A stretch of DNA of 64,000 bases, taken from positions 868,001 to 932,000 of the forward strand of contig JAMWBK010000008.1 of NCBI GenBank assembly GCA_029953675.1, in the 5' to 3' direction. Source of the stretch: Rhodosorus marinus CCMP1338 (Eukaryota > Plantae > Rhodophyta). Of this stretch, positions 11,048 to 22,895 are shown piece after piece. Within the stretch, counting starts at the first letter, position 1; each line of letters opens with the position of its first letter. The notes under the pieces were generated by a model, which made no database searches, was not told the DNA's origin, and was given only the letters and a program-made list of their open reading frames with translations. The position numbers and the translations under genes were made by a program.

Positions 11048-14000
11048 TGTTAGTATCGGGTTAGTTACGTATTGAGCAAGCCAGTTCGGATGTGTCGGGT
11101 TCGGATGTGTCGGTTAGGGGGAGGTTGTCGTTTCTGAACTGACTCTGATGGCTTCACAAGCCTCTGCATACCTTCAGACGATTTTTCAGCTTAATTCTCC
11201 TTGTTAAGAGTGCCACATTCTCAATATTGATTTGTTGAATTCCCCTGGCTAGGGACAAGCAGCAGTAGAGCATTTGAGGGATGCTCGCTATGCGGAAGTG
11301 TGCGTCCATGACGACACGCGAGGTTTGTTTCTGTTGCTTGCAACTCAGTTGACTGGATAAAGAGTAAAAAAAAGCGATGCCGTTCGGTAAATTGTGTTAC
11401 AGTGCTAGGGCCTGATTGCTGCCCCTGTAGACATCGACTATTGGGAAGCCGATTGTATGCTCGCGTACAGCTTAGTCGGCGAAGAGAAAAGACCATCTCC
11501 AGGTTGTGCTCCATTCGCCAACTCGATCCCCTACGTAGTTTCGCTTCGAGCAGGTGTTTGAGGCACACCCCAGCCAAGAGCTTGTCTTCCTGCGAGAAAG
11601 TAGATGAGGAAATGGCCTGTGCACAGTCTTCAAAACCCACAAGCGAGAATGCTTCCTCAAAAAGCTGGACACTATAGAAGGAAGTTCATCTAAATAAAGG
11701 CAAAATATGTCTAAAATAAAAGCCCAACAATTTTTTATAATTTCTCAAGTAGTGAAGTGAAGGATCCTTGCAATATACCATATATTTAGGCTGCCTGACG
11801 CAACCCGGGACGGTGTTTTTTCTTAGAAAAAATTTGAATTTCAAGTTTTCAGGGCCTTGATTAGGCCAAGAGACCCCTCAGCGGATTTGCATCACTTGGC
11901 CCAAACGCAGTCAATTGGTGTCAGCCGTTCTGTGGAAGAAACCACTGGTCTCCTTGCTCAATAGTGGTCAGTGCAAAAACACAATTGAAAGGAGGGGGAC
12001 GGGGAGCGTTCGTGTTGCTGCACTAGAACAGGAGTCCGACAACGCCGAATTGCTCTCTGTCCGCGACATTGTCCACTGAGCGAGATGCGTTCGATGTCTG
12101 GGGTTACGACCATGTCGCTCGGTCTATGAAGATGATGAGAAGAAAGCTTCCACGTCCTCCCTGATCAGGCAGAGAAGTTCGAATAGAGCGTCTCATCTCT
12201 AGCATTAAGTGCGGCATCTACTAAGCCACCAGCATTGACGAATCTGAAAAGTCTACGGGGAACCTCGCTTTGAGTACTAAAAGCATCGAATAATGGGACA
12301 GGTTCCGCTGAACACGGCATCTATACTCGGCCACTGACCACAAACCAATCCACGACCACTCTTCTCATCAAGGCCGACGTCTAGTCCTAGTGACTCAAGT
12401 CCCAGCCCACACTAAGTTCCGCCGCGCAGAAAAGCTCAGGGTTCCGCTTTTTTCTCAACATCCTTCCCAAACGACGAGGATTCCGGCTCCATCCATTCAC
12501 AATCATGCAAATGCATCGGATCCGCAGATTTTCTACACCCAACACCAAAAACACCAAAAAACCAAGCGGAACTTGCCAGCTTTGGTCCATCCAACATCTC
12601 TCGCGGGGAAATCTCTCCCTAAAAACAAAAATTTTCCGAATCGGCCATTCTATTACTTACCAATCCATTCCACAAAACCCTAGTAACACAACTACCATTC
12701 CCAACTACTCACGAACCCCCCCCCTCCCAACCCTCCCTTCCCGCAGGGAATATCGCCAAAAGGGGGGGTGTGTTCACGCATCAATCCAGCTGACACTTAA
12801 AAAAGAGAAACCCATCCATAACAGAAAGGCGCCTACCCAAACAAAACCTCAAAATTTCAAACATAAGCTCGGTTAGTCAAACCATTCATTAAACCTACAA
12901 TTACAAACAATATCCTCGTTTCTGTTGACGAAGACAAAAATCATAAATCAAAAAGGCCCACGGTGTCTCACGATTGATCAACTTGCATCTTTGAAATATG
13001 GGTATAATAGAAATAAAAAAGGCTATAGTACGTTTTCATTGGCTTAATACTTTTTCTTACCTGGTCGATCTTTGCTGTGAGTGGATCGTTGCACACAAAG
13101 GGGGGTATCGCTCAAGCAAGTTTCTCCCAATAGGGGTCCTTACTTGTGGTTTCGGGGCAATCCTACCACTTCATGAAGGACCAAATTTCCCAACCCCCAA
13201 AAGCTACATGAAAATCCAAGGTGTGAGATTCCGCGCCTGATTCATGAAGGCACACCGAATCCTTAACCCATATTTTATCACCTCACGCAGTACCCCTTTC
13301 CTAATATCATATCGATTTTAGACAAAACTTTACTAGGGGTTAATAGAATATTACTATTCATTTAGGGGTTATCATACTGCACCCATCCTGAGAGTGAACA
13401 TGGTTACGGGGGGTAAAACAAACAGTTAAAACGTAGAATAGCCTTATTTACTTTTGTAATAAATATATAATGCACTATCTTTCATGGGGTAAAAATAGCA
13501 TGCAATTTCTTTTCATTCTTAAGACGGGTATAGAAGTATTTTATGATTAGTCTGTGTTTTAAGGGGTGGAATCAAGGACAGTTATGGAATGTTCGAAGAA
13601 GAAAAGGGGGATATTTGTTTTTGTTTGTTTTGTTTGTGCTTGGGCTTGTTTGAAAAAGTGAGGGCTATCTAGTGGAAAGGCTGTTTTGGGGGTCTTTTGG
13701 CGCTGAAGGGGTTGAGGGACGTGATAATATAATTCCTTCGGGGTATCCAAGAGGCGAAGGGGGGTGGCGCGGTAATTTGAGTGGCAAGCTAGAAGAATAA
13801 GGGGGGGGTGGGTGTTGGGGTTTTGCTGGGTAACGAGATTGGCCTTTGAGGAAGGAAAGGGGGGGTAAGGTTGCACGGGGTTATTGGAATCTTGTTGGTG
13901 AAGAAGTTCGTTGAAGACATTTGGGTAGTAAAAATTTTGTGTGTATTTGTGTTGTGGTCGAAGCTGCGCATTTCGTGGTTTGTGCGTTTTGACTTTGGAA

Positions 14001-14114
14001 CGGTGTGTGGGATAGTAGACCAGGAGTCGGCTTTATAGAAACAGGGCGACGAACGAGGATACAACTTGGAAAAAAGTTTGACAGATATCTATACCTCTGT
14101 GACAAATCAACAGA

Positions 14115-15437
14115 ATGGAGGGTGCAGGGAATCCTCAAGGAGGAGCCTACTATGGCAATGCCCATCATGGACAGGACATGAACTTCAGAGGTTTCTACGA
14201 GCAAGGCTCTGGCGGAGCGATGCAGCACGGAGATGTTGCCCATGATAGTTATGGTGGACAGTCTGGGGTAAGATGTTCGACTACTGCTGAATCCTGTGTT
14301 CCGTTCTGGTCGGTGATTCTCACCCAGGTTTTGTCTTGACTGTCTATAGATGGATGTTGGCAGCTATGGCCATGATGAACAGAGAGCAGCCGACAACATG
14401 GAAAAAGCCCGAGCAGCTGCCCTGAAGACGCTGCCGGCCATGCTCGCGAAATACGTTCGTGCACAGAACAAGCCGGTGACCGAAGAGGAACTCACAGAAG
14501 AAGTCCAGAAGGTGTATAAGGACCTGCGAAAGCCTGATGGAACCAAGTACACAGGAAACTTGGAAAGAGCTGTTAGAGGAAGTCTCTGCTCTACTGGCAT
14601 GTTCGAAAAGCTCGAAGACGGAACGTGGACATTGAAAGAGGACCAGATCCAGATCTACGAGCAGCGCCTCGTTGCAAGAGCTGCTAAAATAGAAGAGGAG
14701 AAATCGAAGAAGCGAAAAGCTAGAGATGAAGCAGGCATGGAAGAAGGTGCGAAGCTTGACACTCTCCTCCATCTTGAGGTGATGTCTCAATGAGTGTTTT
14801 GTTTCGCGAACTATTTTGTGCAGGTGGCGAGAGATCAAGGAGATACTCTCGTAAATCGTCAACTCCAGGGATCAGGTCGAAGAGGCAACACAAGAAGGAG
14901 GCTATTATCGAGATGGTTTGCTCATTCCAGGAGAACTTGCGTACTCAGCCGAACTGGTCTGCGTGCTTTCAAAATCCCTTCAAATCCTTTAGAGGTGATG
15001 AGAAGGAAGACGACGTATGGAAGAAGCTGGGCAACGAGCGGTTTGTGTTCATGCTGCAAATCTACACCTTCCTCAACGAGCTGATTGTAAACCGCCACAT
15101 TGTCGCTGAGGCGTTGGCTCGGGAAAAGGCGCTGGCTAAGGCTGAAAAGCAAGGCAAGAAGTAGGTTCTCGTTTACTCCTGTGGGTGTTTCGGTCAAAGG
15201 GTTTGATGAGGTTTGACTGACTTATCGATTTCTGTCTCCTGCAGGCGTCCCCAACCAGCTGAAGAGAAAGCCTCTAAGGCAAAGAACCAAGCACCTACTA
15301 TTAGCCCTCAGCAGCTCACCTCAGTGTCGAAGGCTGTTAGAGGTATTCAGGACAACATTTTGAAGCTCAACGGTAGGCTAACTACAATTGAGGATGTTTT
15401 AGGCGCTGGTGGCGGACAATGGCAAGGAAACCAGTAG
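14115..15437 (+). CDS. Putative winged-helix (HARE-HTH-like) DNA-binding protein, paralog A; join(14115..14267,14350..14746,14824..15160,15245..15437)
   Basis: Three GT-AG introns restore one continuous frame. The protein is highly similar to the minus-strand paralog at 18781-20025. Order: G/Q/H/Y-rich N-terminus, wHTH-like core, basic stretch, conserved helical domain, C-terminal heptad repeat. Confidence 0.85.
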
Positions 15438-16223
15438 CCGTCCTCTCATACTCAGATTTGCAGCGCATGAAATACGCGCGGGAAATTTACAACCCTTCGC
15501 TATCGTAAAATAATCTTTGAACCGCTGAAGCGCTTTAGCACTACAACACCCCCTGCCGAGTCCGACCACGCTTGTCCCAACCGCACACGGATGCTTTTAG
15601 CGGTTTTGACATTTGTCCATGCACAGGAACAGAAAGGTAGGGACGCTGGCTTGGTCATTGAAGAATGCAGTGGGTATCCAGTTCCCCTTTAGAGAAGCTC
15701 AGGCACCATCAACTTTTTACTTTCCAAAAATCTTTCAAACGAACGACCCAATGTGGCTACCAACCTTCCGGGTCGATGTCTCCATCATTGAGGGATCCAG
15801 CAGCTATCCAGATCCTTTCTTCTCCCCAACCACCTGCGTTTCGTTCTTTCAAAGCTTCTGTACGCTGCGCGCGCTTTTCGTTCCAAAACTTTTCCGACGA
15901 GTACGCTCGCCTTCCCATCTTTCAACTGGGGCCATCGCTTTGCTCTTTACTGACAGGAATGTACGTTGGGGTTGATGCCAAGCTGCTGGTCCAGACATAC
16001 TCTGGGCGGGCATCGGACTGCGCCCATGAGATTTGTAAGGGCTTCCTCGTTACATGGGATTTTCCAATTCGTAGTTTAGGGCATCGAGTCTCCTGGGGAA
16101 TTAAAGAGTCCTCAGAATCCCCGACGCCGTCGTTAAAGTGGTTTGCTAGAGAGTGTTGAATCGAGTGCTGTTGGATCATGGCTTTACAAAGATGCATGGG
16201 AGGAGCGCCGTGAATAGTGACCG

Positions 16224-18175
16224 ATGGAAGGCCCCGTGTCGTCTGAAAACTCCGACGAACAAGGTGATCCCTTTGATGCGTGGCTTGAGGATGTCTGCAC
16301 GGTGCAGGAAAGGTTCTCTGAGTTCTTTGTTAGGGCTCGGAGATATGTTGTTGTTTTGGATATCTTTGAACGAGAAGAGCGGAATGGTCGAAGACTTAAC
16401 GTGATCATTAGAGGCTCCCATAACTATCCGGAGGTGGCCCCTGTTGTATCAAGTCCGTCGAAACGTTTGGGAGAGGAGCTGAGGGCCCTCAGCGAAACTC
16501 TAGCCCCGAAACGGTCCCTATTTGAGCTGGTTGCCATCGCTGTAGACATCGTCAGCCTGGACTATGTCCTTGAAAAAGGACGAACTGATCCTGTTCAGGA
16601 AACTGAACAGGAGGGGGGAGTCTCCGTACAACAGCTTCCACGGGAAGTTATCTTCCGCATAGCGTCGATGCTAAACTACGACCAAGTCAGAAAGCTGGGA
16701 AGCAGCTGTTCCTTCCTCGCGAGAACGCTTCTGGGATGGAAATCAGATTCAAATCAAGCTTGGGCAAAACTAGCTAGGGACAGGTTCCCACGTTTGATGG
16801 AGACTTCCGCGTACAAACCTCGAGGGCCAGAGTCATCCTCCGCTTCTACGGGGAAAGGTGAAATGCTGTGGAGAGCAATCTACCGTGCTCAGGAACGTAG
16901 CTCGGAGCTCTGGTTCTACGAAACTCAGCCGAGAAATGTGGTCGTCCAACCTTCAGCAGTTGATCAACCCGTGAGCTGGATTCGCCGTCTTCCAAACGAG
17001 CGATCGTTCCTTATCGCCAGCTCGGATTCGTTGGGCGTCTTAGATAAACAGAGACCTAGTAGTACTAGCACCAGCTGGAAAGCGGTACCTGCTGAGCCCA
17101 GCGGAAGTGGTTGTGGTACAACCAACGTTGACGTGTCTCCTCTATCTCGACCAGACGGTATGGTAGCAGCGACGGTGTCCCCGGCTTCTAGAAAGGTCAA
17201 GCTTTGGAGAAGATCGCTGGAGCCGTCAAGGCTGAGATGTATGAGGACGAGGACGTTTCAAGAGCCAGTGGAAAAGGTCCATGTAAGCTGTTCTCGTTCT
17301 GGCCGGAAAAGCATTCAGCACTGCGTCGTTCTGACAGGTTAAGCGTCGCTGTTTCGTCTTTCGTTTTCTGCCTCTAGCTTGAGGAGACGTATGCTGCGAT
17401 AGGGTGTCGTGATGGTTCAATTGTAGTTGCTTCACTATGCGTTCTTCAGCGGAACATTACGTTTAAGAGAACGCATCGGGGCGAAATCACCTCACTCAAC
17501 TCTCTGTGGGAATCTAGCAAGCTGTTCTCAACGTCCACGGACAGCAAGGCTCATGTTTTCGATTTGGAGCGGGGCCGTGAGTTTCTCAAGTTCAGCTGTC
17601 ATGATCCCATTACCTGTGCGGCTGTGACCAAGGACGAGCAGCTTGCCTACGTCGCTTCTGGATGTGCGGTGTACGTGTGCGATTTTAGGCAGAGAGAAAC
17701 GGCTGCCGTGCTTGGAAGCTCCTTAAGCAACGACCTAATCCAATGCATGACACTTCGTGACGATCTGCTTCTGGTTTGCGGGACGGAATCTGGGTCAGTT
17801 ATCGCCTGGCCTGGAAACGGCCCATGGGAAGGAGTCGTTCTGGCCCGCGGCTCCTGTCATAGTCCCAATGACCGTGCCTGGAATGTTGGTCTCAAGGACA
17901 TACATGTAGACAACTCGAGGATCGTTGGGTGTAGTCCCGGAACTGTGAGGGTTTGGGATGCGTCGCTCACCATTCAAGATTACTCGCACGTAATTTACGA
18001 AGCAGGCCCACAGAAGAGTCTGACTTCAATGTACGTCGACGGTACAGAGCAGCAAGCCCTCTTCGGGCTTAGCGACGGGTCCATTGAACATAGAAGCTTT
18101 CTTGATGGAAGGCTTAGCGAGGATGAGAACATGCTCCATGTCCTAAACCATCCATGTGTACAGACCAACTCTTAA
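16224..18175 (+). CDS. RWD-like / F-box / WD40 protein; join(16224..17337,17403..18175)
   Basis: F-box motif VQQLPREVIFRIASMLNYDQVRKLGSSCSFL. N-terminal YPEVAP motif typical of RWD domains. WD-like units (LTGCRDGSIVV, FSTSTDSKAHVFD, CGTESGSVIAW, GTVRVWD). Intron GTTAAG(17338)...GATAG(17402). Confidence 0.75.
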
Positions 18176-18780
18176 AACTACGGGCTCCGCGAGACCCCTA
18201 GTGAGTGTTCCCATACTATCCCGCCAGAACCAAAGATATCTACTGAGCCTGAGACGGGACGCAGTAAAAAAAAAGTACGGGAAACTAACTTGGAGATTCT
18301 CATACTGATCAAGTGGTAATTTGAGGTGTTGTTTGTAGAGAATCGAAAGACCCAGAGCCCGGTATCAGTTGAGAGGGCTTCGCGAATAGCACGCTGAAAT
18401 ATAGATTTGGTCTTTTCGTAGCATCAAGCAGGCAACCCCAATGTTTACTCTTCACTATTCGACCGTGCCCCACAACTGAGACTGGCATTCCTTTAGCTGT
18501 GAAAAATTCTGAGGCACATGGCGATCGAGTTCCTCGAAGAAGGTTTGTGCCCCCCAACCACTGTCCTTAACCTACTGTTTGGCATATGATCGAAACCAAC
18601 CGAAACAACAGAAGTTCTGCGCATTTATCGTAGGTAAATATGTCGATTACAAGAGCTTGGGAGCAAGTTCTACAAATAATCAAGAGCAAGCTCCACAAAC
18701 AACGACGAAAAAAAACCGCGATGAGTACAACACATCGCAGTCATTGACAGCATATATTTCTGAGAACGGGACCCGGTCCT

Positions 18781-20025
18781 TCATTCTCGGTTTCCACTCC
18801 ACACTTGCTGTCCTCCCACCATGCCTTCTACGGTCCCCAGTCGACCAGTCACTTTGACAATCATCTCGTCCAGGCTGCTTAGAGTGGTAGTCAAACTGTT
18901 TAACTGTTCGGGAACGGTTTGCTCAGTTCTTGCTTTGTCACCGCTAGCGTTCCTGCAATTTGCGAACCAAAGCATGTAACGTGAGTTTTGAGTATTGAGA
19001 GTCTGTGCCTAAGTGTCCTTCTCTATGCGTACTTGGCATTCTCCTTATTTTTCTGCTTCTCTTTTGCGAGCTGCTCTTGGATAAGATGTCTATGCTGAAT
19101 CACATCCGTCAAGTAGTACCACATCTGAAGCATGAACACAAACTTATCGTTGCCTAACTTCTTCCATACATCGTCCGCCTGCTCGTTACCCTTGAAGCTT
19201 TTGAACGGATTCGAATAGCACGAGGACCAGCTTGGATCCTTTCGCAGATTCTCTGAAAAGGTTCTCAGCATCTCCAGGATCGCCTCTCTCTTCTCACTTC
19301 TCTTCATACGCGCTGAAAGGTTCTTGCGAACATACTTGCGCTTTCTGCGTTCAGTTCCATCTCCTGCAATATACGAAACGAAGAAAACTAAGCAATCCAG
19401 CTATCGCGTATTTGGCAAATTTCCTCGGTGCACCTTCTACTTCTTCCGTCTTTGCGCTCTCAGCTCTCCTGCGCCTCTTGTTGTTCTTTTCTGCCTCTTG
19501 CTTGGCTGCTCTTGCTGCAAGTCGCTCTTCATAGGCTTGTGTCTGTTCCTCGCGCAAGGTCCAGGTGCCGTCTTCAAGTTTCTCAAACATTCCAGTTGAA
19601 CACAGACTGCCGCGTACTGCGCGCTCCAGGTTTCCAGTGTAGCGGGTGCCGTCCGGTTTTCTCAGCTCTCCGTAGACTTTCCCAACTTCTGCACAGAGCT
19701 CCTCCTCATTGACTGGCTTTGCTTGAGTTCTCATATGACCAGCAAGAACAGCGGGAAGCGTGCGTGGAGTGTTCACGCCACCACTCTTGCTGATCTGACG
19801 ATCCACCCCCTGGGTATTGACGCCATCCATCCCGCTGTAAGAGACGCCAACGTCCTGCATGGAACCTTGATGGTAGCCATCATGCGAAAGGTTCGGATCT
19901 CCGGTGTTCATGGTGCCATTCGGATTCTCCAGTAAAGCCGTCAGAGAATGAATATCCGCACCTCCCGCATTGGTATACGCCCCATAGGCGGAGTTCTGAA
20001 TCGGCGCTGAACCAGATCCGTCCAT
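18781..20025 (-). CDS. Putative winged-helix (HARE-HTH-like) DNA-binding protein, paralog B; complement(join(18781..18952,19033..19363,19434..20025))
   Basis: Shares a 29-aa identical core, the NPFKSF.G.E..DDVWKKLGN motif, and two intron positions and phases with paralog A. Confidence 0.85.
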
Positions 20026-22895
20026 TCTTCCAACCAGTACCTACAAACCAGCATGCCAGTCATTGTCAGATTCCGTCCCCGAAACTCGATAAACTCCCAG
20101 TCACAGTCGGCTTTTAAACAAACAAAGCGCCCACTCTTCCTCCCACACTCAAAGAAGAACAAAAAACAGAACACACACATAAAAGACCGCGCGCACAACC
20201 AGTCCAGGAATCAATCCCACTGGCAGGCCGTATTCCAACTCTAAACATTCATCGCTTCCAACCGCGAAAACCACACCAAAAAAAATAGATATATATATAT
20301 ATTTCCATCCTTATCTCGGGATTCAGGTCCCTAGCCATTCATCTAACCTCTCCTCCCCCTAAAACCCCCAAAAACAAGAAAACAGAGCCCCCCGTCTCCG
20401 CAACAGCCAGTTGAGAAAAATAATCCAAGCTTACCTTCTAAAAAACGTATAGTTTTTAAACAAAATTTTATGTTCAGTTCGCGACCTTGGAAACAAACCC
20501 CCTTTGTCCCTTTTTTTTTCTGCGCCTGTTCTTTTCTTTCTCCTTCGTCAGACTTTTTGCCTTTTTAAAACAAAGCCCTTCGAAACCCGCCCCCCCTCGC
20601 AACCCGCCCCCGCCAAGGCAAAAAATACAATCCTTCAAAACCTACCCCCTTTACATAAACATTTACCCCAACAGCCCGCCACCCCACCCCACCTCCCTTC
20701 CCCCCTTCCCCCCTCTCAATCCCCACGCAATTATATATTTCCACCTACCCACCTTTTACAAAGAACCGAGAAACCGAAACCCGAATGGGATGAAAAAAAA
20801 AATCGACTTCAAGGCTACGTCTGCGGACTCCTGTGCAACCCCCTTTTTTACCTTTTTTCCGAACGGTTTCTCAGGAGGGCTCTCAAAACCCAAACCAAAA
20901 AAAAAAAAAAAAAAGTTTTGATTCTGACCCGCGTGCTGGGGTTTCGTTTCCGTTGTTTTTTCCCCCCTCTTTCGATTTCCAAAAAAAACATCTTGCAAGA
21001 AAATATCACCCCCTAAGCTAAGACCCTTTGATGTTCACCCAGGTAGGTTGTCATGTCACTAGAATATATCCAAATGGTCTCATTTTCAAAGGTTTTGACA
21101 ACCACTACCGTGAGTGCTGGATTTATGAAAGCGTTTTCAACCTTCCCTCCCCCCCCCCTTAAACAATGCATCAAATTTCTTTTTTTGGCGGGTGGGAATT
21201 TCTCGCACCTCTTTGGAGATTTGAAGTTCCCCCCTGTGCTCTATTACAGTAGATATGCAAGGGCCTATGGAATGGAGAAATGTATTTGTTGTTTAACGAC
21301 TCACAAAATGGGAGCAGCCCCTAGAATATTCGATCCTATTTTGAAATAGGTTTATTTACAAAGTCTTTTGAAAAAAACTAATCCCGACTGGGATCGCTCA
21401 CCAGGGGTGCTCAACAATTTTTCAGGTCAACGGTTTTTACTCTAAGGGGGGTAGATCCAAGCTGTACGAAGATTTACCGCCCAGCGCTTCAATGGGTCGC
21501 ATCTATTTACAGGGGTGATAATGGTTTGTTTTTTCGTAGATCCTTTTCTGCCCAGGTCGAGAAGAGCTGGGGGGAAGAGCTTGAACAGATTGCAAACTTC
21601 TTTGATCTTTACAAATAAATACATCATTTTTCCTGCTCAGAGTATCCTCAGGCTACCCCTGTGGGCTTCAAATCCGTCCACGGAACGCGTAGAGGGATAT
21701 TTTGCAGGGGGGGAAGAGGTATATGCGAAGAACATGCGCTCATTTCAACATCAAGAATTCTAGACCAAGAAACAAAGCTGTTCATTGCTTTTTACCGGGG
21801 TCTTTAATATTGTTTAAAAATTAATGCTCGTCCGTATCAGTTTAAACCAATTATATCCAAATAGTTCCCCATACTAACCAATCCAGTAATAGATTTTCCT
21901 GGAAGGCCTCAGTTTCTTGAATAATAAAATGATTAGATATATTGAAATACTTTTAATTATGGGGTTTATCTTTCATTCTATATGTGTATTGGGCACAACA
22001 TGAAATCTATGGCCACTAAGCCAACCAATAGCCCAATCTACATAAATGTCTCCGCTAATTGCTACGCCTCCTTGATATTTTGCACTTGAAAAAGGATAAT
22101 TATTTTATTTGCCCATGCAAAAAATGTCCTCTGTCCTGCACTGACCCATTGAAAAAAGTTCGTCTAGATGTGAATTTGATAGTAGATCGTATTTTACTCG
22201 AAAACAAGATTTGGGCTGGGTTGGTTCTGACCGTGGCGGAGCTTGGTAGTCAGAGGCAGTCCTACAGACCAGCACACAGACTGCTATGGTCTAGAGCTTT
22301 GACAGCAGGCACTTAGAAAGGTTGGATGCATTTTTCCCATTCTCCATCGGTGTGGCAGATATCCCGTTTCTCTCCAGCTTCCTCTTCAAGCTGATCGTGA
22401 CTGGATCTATGGCGACTAATGTGAGGCAGCCGATCATCCTTCAAATGGATCCCATCACGGAAAGTAGTATCAGGCAGAGCCCAAATCTTTCCAGGACGCA
22501 AAACCTCTAGTGTGATCACTGCTCGTGGTGCTGCGCAAAGTAGAAAAAGAATTTGAAGCAACGACAGATTTCGAGATCTCCTCTGGGCTCTGTCATTCGC
22601 CTTTCAAGATCGCGTTTGTCGCTGAGGAATGGTTCCTTTCCAACTCAGCTGCGCGCTGTTGACTTCGGATTGCCAGACGGATATCGACGAAGTATTTGTT
22701 TTGGTTTATGTACTGGTAGCTGCCTTGATTCCGGACCAACAAGCCCCGGCAAAATGGTGCCAATCGTGCCGGTTGAGCTAACAAAAATGTTTCATCGACA
22801 ATAGTCCAACCAGACCTGGTTCCCTAGGACCCCAAACTCGCTGATTGACGTGTGGTCTTCTGAGAAAGAACCCCTATGTTCCTCGGGTTTCCAGA

